Positions 1 through 10,456 of a stretch of DNA of 64,000 bases are shown here, piece by piece. Numbering within the stretch: position 1 is the stretch's first letter; the number at the start of each line of letters is the position of its first letter. Under the pieces are notes generated by a model. The model was given only the letters and a program-made list of their open reading frames with translations. It was not told where the DNA came from and did not search any database. Origin of the DNA: Patescibacteria group bacterium. Lineage in GTDB: Bacteria; Patescibacteriota; Microgenomatia; JAMCZE01. A program made the translations under genes and the position numbers. The stretch covers positions 109,305 through 173,304 of the forward strand of contig JAMCRP010000001.1 of NCBI GenBank assembly GCA_023380635.1, read 5' to 3'.

Positions 1-34
1 ATAGGAACTCACCCGGTCACGAAGCGAGCGGGCC

Positions 35-1558
35 TTACCGATGTATATTATCTTGCCCTTTTTGTCTTTGAAAAAGTAGACTCCGGGCGATTTGGGTAGC
101 GATTGATATAATTCCAAGGGAGAACAAAATGACTACTGTTAACAAAAAACCGTTTTTGTAAAAAGGTTTAATCTGGGTGTTGTATTGCCTTTCTTCCTGG
201 GCAAACTTCAAAGTAATTATATCATTTTGGTTCAGGTTCCACGTCGATGGGTGAATTTTGAATTCCAGAGTTTGAGTAGAAAACGGAGGCAGCGGCCCGG
301 CGGCCAGAGATTTTTGATGCAGTGAAAGAATTTTTGGTTCTAAAGATACAATATCGCCGGAAAAGCTGGTTGGACCGTAATTTTCTACATAAACGGTGGC
401 TGTGGCTGGAAAACCGGCGATAATTTCTTTCGGTACATCTACGCGCAAGCCAACCTTGGGAATCTGAGTAAAGTCCAGATTGGCCGATATTGGAGTAAGC
501 TCCGTCTCTGGTTGGACAAATTTGTCCTGGTTAATAATCAAGGCCACATGCCGGAAATCAGCCGACGAGTCTGGATTATTGCCCGCTACCCAGGCTCCCG
601 ATCCGGGATCGAGAAATTCTTCCCAGACCCCCAAGGTCTTAGTCCCGATTATTCCGGTAACTTTTCTTTGGGAGCCATTGTTTCCGACTGTCTGGCTGAT
701 GGGCCGAAAATGGGGAGAGCCAAACAGCCCTAAAGAACCGGCTGCCACCACTTCCAGCTTTCCCGTCGGACCAAGCTGATATTGGGCTTTCCAGTTCCCG
801 TCTTGATCCAAGACCACATTTACCGGCTTGGGACTAAGCGTGTCCAGAAAAATCTTTTGGTAGGCAGTATCCGGCGGAAGATAAATATCGGCCAAAACCG
901 AATATAACTTCGGATTAGAAAGAGCATAAGTTATTTTAAAATTAAAAGCCTGGTAAGATTGCGGCGAATTAGTCGGGTCGTAAACGGCCCAAATTCCGGA
1001 CTTTGCGGAGCTAAAGTCGCTTTTAGTCCAGACATGACCGCCGACGCTGCTTTTGGGCGTCAGCTCGATCTCCTTACCAAAGGATGACGGAACCGAGAGA
1101 CTCACATTGTAGTTAATCAGTCCTTCAACATCGGCAGGTTTCAGAATACTGATTTCCCATAACCGGCCGACCTTTTTAGCAATATCCGCTGTTTCATATA
1201 TAAGCGTCCAGGAATAAGTTTTTCTCATCCCGACGACATCTCTGGGCAGTTTTACGTGAATTTCCTCCTGCTGGGCAGACCAAAGATAGGCTGATATCGG
1301 CCCGTTCTGGTCAAAAGCCCGGATATTTTTCAAGTCAGTTATTCCCGGATTAGTGACATATTCGTCCGGAGCATATTCCGAAGTGAGATTAGTCAAATAA
1401 AAGTTTTGGGTGACCAGGGTATTCCCATCATCGCCGATTTTGTAAGTTATATCCGTCGTGATTTCAAAACGGGGAGAGGCTGCATAAACGGTTCGTGGCT
1501 GTATTATGAGTAATAGATTAAGTAGGATGCCGAAAACCAAACACTCAAGAATTCGCAT
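35..1558 (-). CDS. Hypothetical secreted/surface protein with N-terminal signal peptide and C-terminal transmembrane anchor
   Basis: 507 aa ORF; hydrophobic N-terminus followed by AYA-like cleavage region; C-terminal hydrophobic helix then basic tail (LLFQRQKG); no recognisable catalytic motif. Confidence 0.45.
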   Translation of the reverse strand: MRILECLVFGILLNLLLIIQPRTVYAASPRFEITTDITYKIGDDGNTLVTQNFYLTNLTSEYAPDEYVTNPGITDLKNIRAFDQNGPISAYLWSAQQEEIHVKLPRDVVGMRKTYSWTLIYETADIAKKVGRLWEISILKPADVEGLINYNVSLSVPSSFGKEIELTPKSSVGGHVWTKSDFSSAKSGIWAVYDPTNSPQSYQAFNFKITYALSNPKLYSVLADIYLPPDTAYQKIFLDTLSPKPVNVVLDQDGNWKAQYQLGPTGKLEVVAAGSLGLFGSPHFRPISQTVGNNGSQRKVTGIIGTKTLGVWEEFLDPGSGAWVAGNNPDSSADFRHVALIINQDKFVQPETELTPISANLDFTQIPKVGLRVDVPKEIIAGFPATATVYVENYGPTSFSGDIVSLEPKILSLHQKSLAAGPLPPFSTQTLEFKIHPSTWNLNQNDIITLKFAQEERQYNTQIKPFYKNGFLLTVVILFSLGIISIATQIARSLLFQRQKGQDNIHR

Positions 1559-1598
1559 TTCTTCCCATAATACTTAATCCTTAATCCTTAATACAAGT

Positions 1599-4500
1599 TT
1601 AGAGATATCTTCCTGTCCAGCTCTCTTTTGCCTTGGCTACTTCTTCCGGGGTTCCCGTGGCCACAATTTGGCCGCCTCCGTCGCCGCCTTCCGGTCCAAG
1701 ATCAATCAAATAGTCGGCATTTTTAATGACATCCAGGTTGTGTTCGATCACAATCACCGTGTTGCCCTTGTTTACCAGACTTTTCAGAACCCACAAAAGC
1801 CTCTCCAGATCGGCAAAATGCAGCCCCGTCGTCGGTTCATCCAGAATGTAAACCGTCTTGCCTGTAGCTTTCTTAGATAGTTCTGCGGCCAGTTTTACCC
1901 GCTGAGCCTCGCCGCCGGAGAGAGTCGGAGCAGGCTGGCCCAATTTAAGGTAGCCCAAGCCGACATCGGTCAAAGTTTGGAGCTTTTCGTGAAGAACCGG
2001 TATGGGAGCAAAAAACTCCAAAGCTTCTTCAACCGTCATCGCCAAAACCTCAGCAATATTTTTATTTTTGTAAAGAACACCTAAGGCTTCCTGGTTATAT
2101 CTTTTGCCGCCGCAAACCTCGCAGTCAACATAAATGTCCGGCAAAAACTGCATTTCAATTTTAATCTGGCCTTCCCCCTGGCAAGCCTCACATCGGCCGC
2201 CTTTAACGTTAAAACTGAACCGGCCCGCTTCATATCCTTTTATCCGCGCTTCCCGGGTTTGGGCAAATATTTCCCTGATCGGAGTAAAGGCTCCGGTGTA
2301 AGTGGCCGGGTTGGATCTTGGCGTTCTGCCAATGGGAGACTGATCAATCAGAATAACTTTATCGAGAAATTCCCATCCCAATAATCCGTCGAAATTGCCT
2401 GGCTTCTCCTTGTGGAGCGGATAAAACTTCCCTGCCAGGGCCTGATATAAAATATCATGCACCAAAGTCGATTTTCCCGAACCGGAAACACCGGTAACCA
2501 CAATGAATTTTCCTAATGGAAACTCGACATCAATATTTTTCAAGTTATGTTCCCTCGCCCCCAACAAAACTAACTTTTTTTCGCCGTTCTGTTTTCCGTT
2601 TTCTGTCATCAGGAATCTTTCTTCTGTCATCAGTCTTCCGCTATCTTGTATTTCAATTTCTTTTCTTCCCGACAAGTATTTCCCCGTTATCGAATTCGGG
2701 TCCTTCTTGATTTGGACTGGTGTTCCCTGAGCAATGATTTCTCCCCCGTGTTCCCCCGCACCCGGCCCGAAGTCAAAAATGTAATCCGCTTTTTCCATCA
2801 TTTCCCGGTCATGTTCCACTACGATAACTGAATTCCCTAAATCTCTTAAGTTACTTAAGGTACTTATGAGACGCTGGTTATCCCGTTGATGTAATCCAAT
2901 TGACGGTTCATCCAAAACATACAAAACCCCGGATAATCCGGAACCAATCTGGGAGGCTAACCTGATTCTCTGGGCTTCTCCCCCCGCCAAAGTGTTCGCG
3001 CTTCTTCCCAGTGTCAGATAGTCCAAACCCACATCTTCCAAAAACTGCAATCGGGAAATCAGCTCTTTAAAAATCGGTTTCGAAATCGCTTTTTCCCTGT
3101 CTGCCAATGTCTGCCAATGTCTGCCAATGTTTGTCAATGTCTTTACCCATCTCAAGACTTCGCTGATTGATTTTGTCGTTACCTGGAAAATATTTTGGCC
3201 GTCGATAGTGACTGATAACGCCTCGGGCTTGAGCTTGGCTCCGTGACAATCCGGGCAAGGTTCGTTTCGCATATACTTTTCAATGTCCATCCGGCGCCAC
3301 TCGGACTCAGTTTCGTTATAAAGGCGCTCCATTCGGGGAATCACTCCTTCAAACTTCTCATAAAACCCGGTCATCCGGCCTTCCCGGTTGGTGCCGGTTA
3401 CATGAATTTCTTCCTCGCCGGTGCCGAACAAAATCAAATTTAAATTCTCTTTTTTCATCTGGCCAATTGGCGAAGAAAGGGAAAAATTATGCTTCTCGGC
3501 GACAGCCTTTACCATGCGGATAAACCAGGTGTCGTGCTCCACTTCGTTACCCATCGGCAAAATACCGCCTTCCAATACAGATAGCTCCGGGTTGATAACC
3601 AATTCGGGATCAATTTTTAATAAAAAGCCGAGACCTGTACACCTGGGGCACGCGCCCTGCGGAGAGTTAAACGAAAACAACCGGGGTTCGATTTCGCTTA
3701 AGGAGATATTACAAACCGGGCAGGCAAACTTTTCCGAAAACAGATGGTCCTCCATTTTTGCCGGCCGCTCTGGGAACTCGAAACTGGCATCCAGCACTTC
3801 GCTGACAATAATTTCCCCAGCCGCTAATTTCAACGCTTTCTCCACACTCTCCCGCAATCTTGAAATGTCTTTGTTTACTTCGGTTACTTTGGTTACTGTT
3901 ATTCGGTCCACTACCGCTTCAATATCATGTTTATTTGTCTTAATCAGCACAATATCGTCATCCACATCATAAATATGTTTATCTACCCGAACTTTGATAA
4001 TGCCTTTGGCGCGCAGGCTGTTAAAAAGTTGGGTATATTCCCCCTTTCGCCCTTTTACCACCGGAGCTAAAATTAAGAATCTTTTTCCTGACCTTCCTAG
4101 CTTCCCCGATTCTCCTAATTTCTGAACCTGCTCGACAATTTGGTCCAAAGAGAGATGTTCAATTTCCCGGCCGCAGTTTGGGCAATGGGGATGGCCAATC
4201 CGGGCAAAAAGCAACCGCAGATAATCATAAATTTCGGTGATGGTCCCGACAGTGGACCGGGGGTTGTGGGAAGTGGTTTTCTGATCGATCGAAATCGCCG
4301 GTGACAATCCGGTAATATTGTCTAAATCCGGCTTATCCATGACGCCCAGGAATTGCCGGGCATAACTGGATAAACTTTCAACATACCGTCTTTGTCCTTC
4401 GGCATATATCGTATCGAAGGCCAGGCTGGATTTACCACTACCCGAAACTCCGGTAAAAACTACCAGTTTATTCTTGGGAATTTCTACATCAATGTTTTTG

Positions 4501-4613
4501 AGATTGTGTTCCCTGGCGCCCTTGATGATGATTTTTTCGTCAGACATACAAAAATCCCCCTTTCGGGCTGGATCCACCCCACCGTGGCGGGGCAACCACA
4601 CGTATTTTACCAC
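1599..4613 (-). CDS. uvrA: Excinuclease ABC subunit A (UvrA)
   Basis: Two ABC modules with Walker A GVSGSGKS(S/T)L, zinc-finger Cys pairs, LSGGE signature; 1004 aa; start overlaps uvrB stop (ATGA). Confidence 0.95.
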   Translation of the reverse strand: MVKYVWLPRHGGVDPARKGDFCMSDEKIIIKGAREHNLKNIDVEIPKNKLVVFTGVSGSGKSSLAFDTIYAEGQRRYVESLSSYARQFLGVMDKPDLDNITGLSPAISIDQKTTSHNPRSTVGTITEIYDYLRLLFARIGHPHCPNCGREIEHLSLDQIVEQVQKLGESGKLGRSGKRFLILAPVVKGRKGEYTQLFNSLRAKGIIKVRVDKHIYDVDDDIVLIKTNKHDIEAVVDRITVTKVTEVNKDISRLRESVEKALKLAAGEIIVSEVLDASFEFPERPAKMEDHLFSEKFACPVCNISLSEIEPRLFSFNSPQGACPRCTGLGFLLKIDPELVINPELSVLEGGILPMGNEVEHDTWFIRMVKAVAEKHNFSLSSPIGQMKKENLNLILFGTGEEEIHVTGTNREGRMTGFYEKFEGVIPRMERLYNETESEWRRMDIEKYMRNEPCPDCHGAKLKPEALSVTIDGQNIFQVTTKSISEVLRWVKTLTNIGRHWQTLADREKAISKPIFKELISRLQFLEDVGLDYLTLGRSANTLAGGEAQRIRLASQIGSGLSGVLYVLDEPSIGLHQRDNQRLISTLSNLRDLGNSVIVVEHDREMMEKADYIFDFGPGAGEHGGEIIAQGTPVQIKKDPNSITGKYLSGRKEIEIQDSGRLMTEERFLMTENGKQNGEKKLVLLGAREHNLKNIDVEFPLGKFIVVTGVSGSGKSTLVHDILYQALAGKFYPLHKEKPGNFDGLLGWEFLDKVILIDQSPIGRTPRSNPATYTGAFTPIREIFAQTREARIKGYEAGRFSFNVKGGRCEACQGEGQIKIEMQFLPDIYVDCEVCGGKRYNQEALGVLYKNKNIAEVLAMTVEEALEFFAPIPVLHEKLQTLTDVGLGYLKLGQPAPTLSGGEAQRVKLAAELSKKATGKTVYILDEPTTGLHFADLERLLWVLKSLVNKGNTVIVIEHNLDVIKNADYLIDLGPEGGDGGGQIVATGTPEEVAKAKESWTGRYL
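3098..3142. repeat. Tandem 10-nt repeat (ctgccaatgt x3 perfect + 1 degenerate) inside uvrA, kept in frame
   Basis: Direct reading of sequence 3101-3140; encodes low-complexity peptide [11 protein letters not shown] in UvrA. Confidence 0.9.
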
Positions 4614-6676
4614 TAATCTTCCTTATCTAAACTCTTAATTTTATCCCTATAGTAAGCCGCTCCTTCAAAGTCGAGAATTTTAGCGGATTCCTTCATTCTT
4701 TTTTCCAAAACTTTTTTCAGTTTGTTTTTATCATCCGGTGTCAATTGCGTTATATCGATTTCCCCCAATTCCTGGTCCAGCATAACCGCTAGCCGATTAC
4801 CCCAGGCTCCGCGTTTGTCCCGATCTTCTTTCCTTTCGGTCAGCACATTTTCGCGGATCGGTTTGGAAATGCCCACCGGAGTAATGTGGTGGTCTTTATT
4901 CCATTTGAGTTGATATTCCCGGCGCCGGTTATTTTCCTTAACGGCCTGATCCATCGAGCGGGTCAGATTGTCGGCATACATAATGACCTTGCCATGAATA
5001 TGCCGAGCTGCCCGGCCCATGGTTTGAATTAAGGAAGTTCTGCTGCGCAAAAACCCTTCTTTGTCGGCGTCGAGAATTGCTACCAGGCTCACTTCCGGCA
5101 GGTCTAAACCTTCCCGGAGAAGATTAATACCGACAACGACATCATATTCACCGAGCCGCAGCTGGCGCAAAATATTGGTTCGCTCAATATTTTCGACATC
5201 ACTATGAAGGTAAGCAACTTTTATTGTTTTTTCGTGTTCGTTCAGATAGTCGGTTAGCTCCTCGGCCATTCGCTTGGTCAGGGTAGTTACCAGAACCCGT
5301 TCTTTTTTCTCCACTCTTTTTTTAATTTCTTCTATCAAGTCAGTGATCTGGCCTTCGGTTTTTTTGATTTCCACTTCCGGGTCAACCAGACCTGTCGGCC
5401 GAACCAGCTGTTCGATAATATTTCCCTCGGATTGTGAGATTTCCCACTCGTCAGGAGTCGCGGAGGTGTAAACCGTTTGTCCCATCCGCCGCACGAACTC
5501 GTCAAACCGGAGCGGCCGGTTATCCAAAGCTGCCGGCAGCCGGAAACCATAGTCGATTAAGGTTTGCTTGCGGCTGCGGTCGCCGTTGTACATGCCCCGG
5601 ATCTGCGGTACAGTCATATGCGACTCGTCGATTATCAGCAAATAATCCTTCGGAAAATACTCAAGTAGCGAATAAGGTGGATCTCCAGGATTGCGGCCGT
5701 CAAAATAACGGCTGTAATTTTCAATGCCGTTAACATAACCCACTTCCGCAATCATTTCCAGGTCATAGGTTACCCGGCTTTTAATTCTCTGGGCTTCCAA
5801 TATTTTTCCGGCTGACTGAAAACGCTTAACCTGCTCATCAAGGTCTGACCGGATCAGTTTAAAGACATCAGTATATTTTTGCGGGTCGGTCATATAGTGT
5901 TTGGCCGGGTAAATAACCACGCTGCGGTATGACCCCGGAGCCGCCGGTCCGGGTTGTGGTTTATCAAACACTTCAATCTTTTCGCCGGTCAGAGGATTAA
6001 TCTTAATAAGTTGTTTTACCTGGGTTCCTTCGGGGTTAAACTCGATGCGAATGCCATAATCTTCATAGGCCGGATAGACACTGACAATATCGCCCGAAAC
6101 CCGGAAAGTCCCCCGTCTAAAATCAAAGTCGCTGCGGTCATATTGCAGGTCTGCTAACCGCTCGAGAACTATTTTTCGGTCAATATTTAGTTCCGGCGAA
6201 AGTTCCAAAATAAACCGGCCGTATTCTACCGGACTGCCAAGGTTATAAATAGCTGATACTGACGCGACAACGATCGTATCTTTTCGGGTCAATAAATTAG
6301 TGGTCGTCTGGAGCCGGAGCTTATCTATCTCCTCATTAATTTCCGTTTCTTTTTCGATATAGGTGTCCGTTTGGGGAATGTAGGCTTCAGGTTGGTAAAA
6401 ATCGTAGTAGCTGACAAAGTAGGAGACGGCGTTGTCGGGAAAAAACTCTTTAAATTCCTGATAAAGCTGAGCCGCCAGGGTTTTATTGTGAGCAATAACC
6501 AGTGTGGGCTTCTGAACCTTATCAATCAGGTTTGCCATAGTGAAGGTCTTGCCGCTGCCGGTAACTCCGAGAAGAACCTGGTGTTTCGCGCCCGCGTTAA
6601 TCCCCGCTACCAGTTTTTCAATGGCCTGCGGTTGATCACCGGTCGGTTTGTAACCGGAAATGAGACGAAAAGACAT
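4613..6676 (-). CDS. uvrB: Excinuclease ABC subunit B (UvrB)
   Basis: N-terminal helicase motif [15 protein letters not shown], helicase C-terminal motifs, C-terminal UVR domain; 687 aa. Confidence 0.95.
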   Translation of the reverse strand: MSFRLISGYKPTGDQPQAIEKLVAGINAGAKHQVLLGVTGSGKTFTMANLIDKVQKPTLVIAHNKTLAAQLYQEFKEFFPDNAVSYFVSYYDFYQPEAYIPQTDTYIEKETEINEEIDKLRLQTTTNLLTRKDTIVVASVSAIYNLGSPVEYGRFILELSPELNIDRKIVLERLADLQYDRSDFDFRRGTFRVSGDIVSVYPAYEDYGIRIEFNPEGTQVKQLIKINPLTGEKIEVFDKPQPGPAAPGSYRSVVIYPAKHYMTDPQKYTDVFKLIRSDLDEQVKRFQSAGKILEAQRIKSRVTYDLEMIAEVGYVNGIENYSRYFDGRNPGDPPYSLLEYFPKDYLLIIDESHMTVPQIRGMYNGDRSRKQTLIDYGFRLPAALDNRPLRFDEFVRRMGQTVYTSATPDEWEISQSEGNIIEQLVRPTGLVDPEVEIKKTEGQITDLIEEIKKRVEKKERVLVTTLTKRMAEELTDYLNEHEKTIKVAYLHSDVENIERTNILRQLRLGEYDVVVGINLLREGLDLPEVSLVAILDADKEGFLRSRTSLIQTMGRAARHIHGKVIMYADNLTRSMDQAVKENNRRREYQLKWNKDHHITPVGISKPIRENVLTERKEDRDKRGAWGNRLAVMLDQELGEIDITQLTPDDKNKLKKVLEKRMKESAKILDFEGAAYYRDKIKSLDKED

Positions 6677-6688
6677 AGAAAATTATAG

Positions 6689-6716
6689 TTGACAGAATCT
6701 TTTCTTTTGGTATATT
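6689..6716 (+). promoter_or_regulatory. Sigma70-like promoter of lexA (TTGACA-16nt-TATATT); -10 lies about 12 nt before the ATG (near-leaderless); shares the 52-bp divergent region with uvrB
   Basis: TTGACA at 6689-6694, TATATT at 6711-6716, lexA ATG at 6729; on the opposite strand a TATAAT (rc of 6682-6687) sits 5 nt upstream of the uvrB start. Confidence 0.5.
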
Positions 6717-6728
6717 TTAGCATTATAT

Positions 6729-7358
6729 ATGCCAGTTGTTTTATACAAAAGACAGCGCGACCTTCTCGAATTTATCCAGAACTTTGTTAAGCAGCACGGC
6801 TATAGTCCAACCCTGGCCGAAATTTGCAAAGGCATGGGTCTTTCCTCGCCAGCCACCGTTCATGAACATCTTAAAACCCTGGAAGCCAAAGGAGTGATTC
6901 GCCGCAACCCCAATGAAGTCCGGGGCCTCGAGGTCACTGCTCCTTACAACACTAATTATATTACCGATCACGCTGCCGGAGTGGAACTGCCCCTTTTAGG
7001 CTACATTCACGCCGGAAAACCCTTGGAGCCGCACGAAGACCCGACGGCGACTTTTAAGGTTTCAGCTAATTTGGTCCCGTCCGGGAAAATTGCCTTTGTC
7101 CTTCAGGTAAAAGGCGACTCGATGATTGAAGACGGGATCCTGCCCGGCGACTATGCCGTTTTAATAAAAGAAGAGAATGTTAAAAACGGTGATGTCGTCG
7201 TCGCCCTCTTAAATAATGGCTTAGCCACCCTGAAAAGATTTTATAAAGAAGCGGAACAGGTCAAATTGATGCCGGCTAATTCCAAAATGGAACCAATTTA
7301 CGCGACCGAAGTCCAAATCCAAGGAAAACTGGTGGCTGTTGTCCGGAGATACTTTTAG
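6729..7358 (+). CDS. lexA: LexA repressor (S24 peptidase, SOS regulator)
   Basis: N-terminal winged-HTH (SPTLAEICKGMGLSSPATVHEHLKTLE), Ala-Gly cleavage region, Ser (GDSM) / Lys (KR) catalytic dyad; divergent from uvrBA. Confidence 0.9.
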   Translation: MPVVLYKRQRDLLEFIQNFVKQHGYSPTLAEICKGMGLSSPATVHEHLKTLEAKGVIRRNPNEVRGLEVTAPYNTNYITDHAAGVELPLLGYIHAGKPLEPHEDPTATFKVSANLVPSGKIAFVLQVKGDSMIEDGILPGDYAVLIKEENVKNGDVVVALLNNGLATLKRFYKEAEQVKLMPANSKMEPIYATEVQIQGKLVAVVRRYF

Positions 7359-7574
7359 TCCTTTGGTCTGTTAACCAGGTTATCTTCAAAAACCGGCGAG
7401 AGACCGTAAAAATCGTGGTCAATACTGTCTTCTCTGGCACTTTTTCTCAGCTGTTCAACAAGCTTCGGATGGTGAGCTAAACTGCTATGCACGTTTAACA
7501 CTGCGGCTATCTCGCGTCGCATATATTCGGCAGTTTTCGCACAGACTTTAACTCCCGTGTTATCACCCCCAGTC

Positions 7575-8183
7575 TTAAATCTTCTTTAGTCTCTTTAAGA
7601 CCAAATAGAGGACTGCCAAAACAATACCACCAATAACGACAAAGTCAAGAATATGAAAATACTTGCTTAGAAGATGCCAGTTATTGCCAAGAATTACCCC
7701 CAGATAGGTTAAGACTATCGCCCAGATAAACGATCCGGCAGCTGTATAAAAAACGAATTTTTTCAAATCCATTTTGGCAATGCCGGCCGGAAGTGAAATA
7801 TAAGTTCGCACCGCCGGAAGAATCCGACTGATAAAGACGATCGGCTCGCCGAAGCGGTTAAACAGAACTCTCGCATGTTCGAATTCTTTCTCGCGGACCA
7901 GAACATACTTCCCATAGCGGCGGATAAAGTCCGCCACTTCATTTTCTCCCAGGTAGCCTAAGCCATAAGCAAGAAGCGACCCCAGTAAATTACCGGCAGT
8001 ACCGATCATCACCAGTAACCAGAAATTAAAGATACCTGGAGAAACTAATGAACCGGCAAAAGGCATTGTGGCTTCGGAAGGAATCGGAACCAACGCAGAT
8101 TCCAAAGTCATAAGAACGAAAACGCCGGGGTATCCGGTGGCTTTAATAATGGCTATAATAAAGTTGGTTAACAGTTCTATCAT
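7575..8183 (-). CDS. DedA/SNARE-associated family membrane protein
   Basis: VFVLMTLESALVPIPSE motif typical of DedA; multiple TM helices; 202 aa. Confidence 0.75.
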   Translation of the reverse strand: MIELLTNFIIAIIKATGYPGVFVLMTLESALVPIPSEATMPFAGSLVSPGIFNFWLLVMIGTAGNLLGSLLAYGLGYLGENEVADFIRRYGKYVLVREKEFEHARVLFNRFGEPIVFISRILPAVRTYISLPAGIAKMDLKKFVFYTAAGSFIWAIVLTYLGVILGNNWHLLSKYFHILDFVVIGGIVLAVLYLVLKRLKKI

Positions 8184-8185
8184 TT

Positions 8186-8860
8186 ATGCTTTATATTGTA
8201 GCCACACCGATAGGGAATTTGGAAGATATCAGTTTACGCGCGGTCAGAATCCTCAAGGAAGCGGATGTAATCTTGGCTGAAGACACGCGCCACACCGGCT
8301 TGCTCTTAAAAAGTCTGGAAATTCCCCACAAACCTTTTATTTCTTTTTATGAAGAAGTTGAAACCCAAAAAATGGATGAACTTCTGGCCTTGATTGCCTC
8401 GGAGCAAAAAGTGGTTTTAGTCAGCGACGCCGGGACTCCGCTTATTTCTGATCCCGGCTACAAATTAGTTCGCGAAGCCATTAAAAGGGGAATCAAAGTA
8501 GAAAGCATTCCCGGACCTAGCGCGGTGGTTACGGCTTTGACCGTTTCCGGTCTGCCGCCGAATCGCTTTATGTTTATGGGCTATCCGCCGGAAAAGCCCT
8601 CCCACCAGTTAAATTTGTATAAAATGCTGGCTCATAGCCTGGAAACTCTGCCGGTTACGGTTATTTTCTATGTTTCCCCTCATAAAATCCGCAAAACTCT
8701 GGAGCTTGTGAAGGAAGTTTTCGGCGATCAGCAGATCGTTCTTATCCGAGAATTGACCAAAGTATACGAAGAACGCATTTCCGGGACGATTTCCGAAGTT
8801 CTGGAAAAAATTTCTAATCCTCAGGGCGAATTTGTGCTACTCTTTAATAAAGATCTTTGA
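8186..8860 (+). CDS. rsmI: 16S rRNA (cytidine1402-2'-O)-methyltransferase RsmI (tetrapyrrole-methylase fold)
   Basis: N-terminus LYIVATPIGNLEDISLRAVRILKEADVILAEDTRHT is the RsmI signature. Confidence 0.9.
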   Translation: MLYIVATPIGNLEDISLRAVRILKEADVILAEDTRHTGLLLKSLEIPHKPFISFYEEVETQKMDELLALIASEQKVVLVSDAGTPLISDPGYKLVREAIKRGIKVESIPGPSAVVTALTVSGLPPNRFMFMGYPPEKPSHQLNLYKMLAHSLETLPVTVIFYVSPHKIRKTLELVKEVFGDQQIVLIRELTKVYEERISGTISEVLEKISNPQGEFVLLFNKDL

Positions 8861-9489
8861 TTATGGCCCTTCTTGCTTTAATCCGTCATGGTGAATCCGA
8901 ATGGAACGCCAAAAATCTCTGGACTGGATGGACGGACATTCCCCTCTCGGAAAAGGGGAAAGAGGAAGCCCGAACAGCTGCCAAAAAAATTAAGGATACG
9001 CACTGGGACTATCTTTTTGAATCCGATCTAATTCGGGCCAAACAAACCAGTGATCAAATCCTCACCGTCCTCAACTCCCCCATACCCCGCATCATTTCTT
9101 CCGCCCTGCGCGAGCGCAATTACGGCGTTTTTACCGGAAGAAATAAGTTGGAAGTGGAAAAAGAACTTGGTGAAGCGGAATATCTTAAACTTCGCCGTGG
9201 TTGGGATCGGCCGATTGACCAAGGCGAGAGCCTGAAGCAAGTTTATGGTCGAGTTGTACCCTATTTTCAAAAAGAAATCGAACCGCTCCTGCAGCAAGGG
9301 AAAAACATTATCATTTCCGCCCACGGCAATTCTTTACGAGCTCTCCTCAAATATCTGGAAAACATTTCTGATGAAGATATCGCCAATGTGGAACTTCAGA
9401 CCGGCGAAGCCAAAGTTATCTCATTCCCAATTCAATCAGCCGGTTATACTTTGCCACCCGCTCCCCCCGATCCATCCCGCCAAGTTTGA
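8857..9489 (+). CDS. gpmA: Phosphoglycerate mutase family protein (2,3-BPG-dependent GpmA-like histidine phosphatase)
   Basis: LIRHGESEWN...TGWTD catalytic His motif; 3' end overlaps convergent eno by 74 bp. Confidence 0.8.
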   Translation: MIMALLALIRHGESEWNAKNLWTGWTDIPLSEKGKEEARTAAKKIKDTHWDYLFESDLIRAKQTSDQILTVLNSPIPRIISSALRERNYGVFTGRNKLEVEKELGEAEYLKLRRGWDRPIDQGESLKQVYGRVVPYFQKEIEPLLQQGKNIIISAHGNSLRALLKYLENISDEDIANVELQTGEAKVISFPIQSAGYTLPPAPPDPSRQV

Positions 9490-10456
9490 CGAAGTCGGCT
9501 GCCACTTCAACAGCAAAATCAGTGATCCAGAAATCGTCAGTTTCTTGTCCCCGATGCGAAACGACAATCTTGAGCCCTGCATCTTTAGCCATTTTTACTG
9601 CCTCTTTGCTTTCACTAATCGTCCCAATCTGGTTTGGTTTTATGACCACGGCGTTAATCGCTTTTTTTTCAATGGCCATTTTGATCCGTTCCGGGTTAGT
9701 CACGGTTAAATCATCTCCCACAATCAGATAATCCTTTCCCATTAAACCCATCAAGGCCGTCCATTTGTCCCAATCCTCATCGGAATATGGGTCTTCAATG
9801 GAAATGATCGGGTAGTCACGCGTCAGCGCAGTATAGTCCAGAACTTCTCCCGCCGCGAAAGTATCCGCCACATCTACGGCCAGTTTTCTCTCCGGCAAAA
9901 CTTTCTTGATCGTGTCCAACACCTGAAGATTATTAAAATCTTTCGGTGAAAAGCCGCCTTCCGCGCCAACCGTATGTTCTATATTATTTTCCGTCAGGTA
10001 TTCTTTAAGCGTTTTAAAATCCCGCATGGCCTGTTCCAGAGTATCTTCTACTGCTAAGAATTCCTGGATAGTTATATTCTTATTCCCATGTTCTCCCCCT
10101 TCAACAAGGAGGAGCATCAGTTTGGGAAAATTTTGGGACTTGGTATTTGGTGCTTGGTGCTTAAAAAACGCTGCAGATACAGCTAAAGTGGCGTTTCCAC
10201 CATATCCATGCGCGGCAATCTCTTGATCCAGCGTTTCCTGTGTCCACTCTTTGTCTTTACAAACTACTCCCATTTCTCCAATTTCTTTTATCGCCTCATC
10301 CGGTGCCGATTTTTTAACTTCATACTTGCCCGCCGATATTCCGGCAGGAACAGAAGCGGAACTGATTGTCCCATTATCAAAAGTTATTGTCGCCTCAACA
10401 GTATCGTCACCGAGAGAGGCGATAATCTTTCGGGCAGCAATTGAGGAAATCTTCAT
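9416..10456 (-). CDS. eno: Enolase (phosphopyruvate hydratase), compact form with shortened N-terminal domain
   Basis: Conserved motifs ISIEDP, IVGDDLTVTNP, IKPNQIGT, VSHRGQETDD, KYNRLIE; only 346 aa. Confidence 0.85.
   Translation of the reverse strand: MKISSIAARKIIASLGDDTVEATITFDNGTISSASVPAGISAGKYEVKKSAPDEAIKEIGEMGVVCKDKEWTQETLDQEIAAHGYGGNATLAVSAAFFKHQAPNTKSQNFPKLMLLLVEGGEHGNKNITIQEFLAVEDTLEQAMRDFKTLKEYLTENNIEHTVGAEGGFSPKDFNNLQVLDTIKKVLPERKLAVDVADTFAAGEVLDYTALTRDYPIISIEDPYSDEDWDKWTALMGLMGKDYLIVGDDLTVTNPERIKMAIEKKAINAVVIKPNQIGTISESKEAVKMAKDAGLKIVVSHRGQETDDFWITDFAVEVAADFVKLGGMDRGERVAKYNRLIELGMR

Noticed and set aside
2843-2870. A 15-nt identical string (cttaagttacttaag) shared between uvrA and murG, and a 16-nt string (cggttactttggttac) shared between uvrA and ppsA, considered as evidence of a mobile mini-element
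   Set aside because: Exact 15-16-mer matches are expected by chance a few times in a 64 kb window on both strands. In uvrA the encoded [10 protein letters not shown] is native, conserved UvrA sequence (E. coli TLKHLRDLGN), not an insert. Only the 23-nt AT-repeat identity was kept as a finding.
3067-3972. Alternative-frame and antisense ORFs inside uvrA (3067-3258, 3243-3443, 3421-3972 and others), and similar antisense ORFs inside ftsZ, ftsA, ileS, dnaE, gatA and gatB
   Set aside because: Each is fully contained in a strongly supported conserved gene in another frame or strand, and the products are low-complexity; typical spurious six-frame ORFs.
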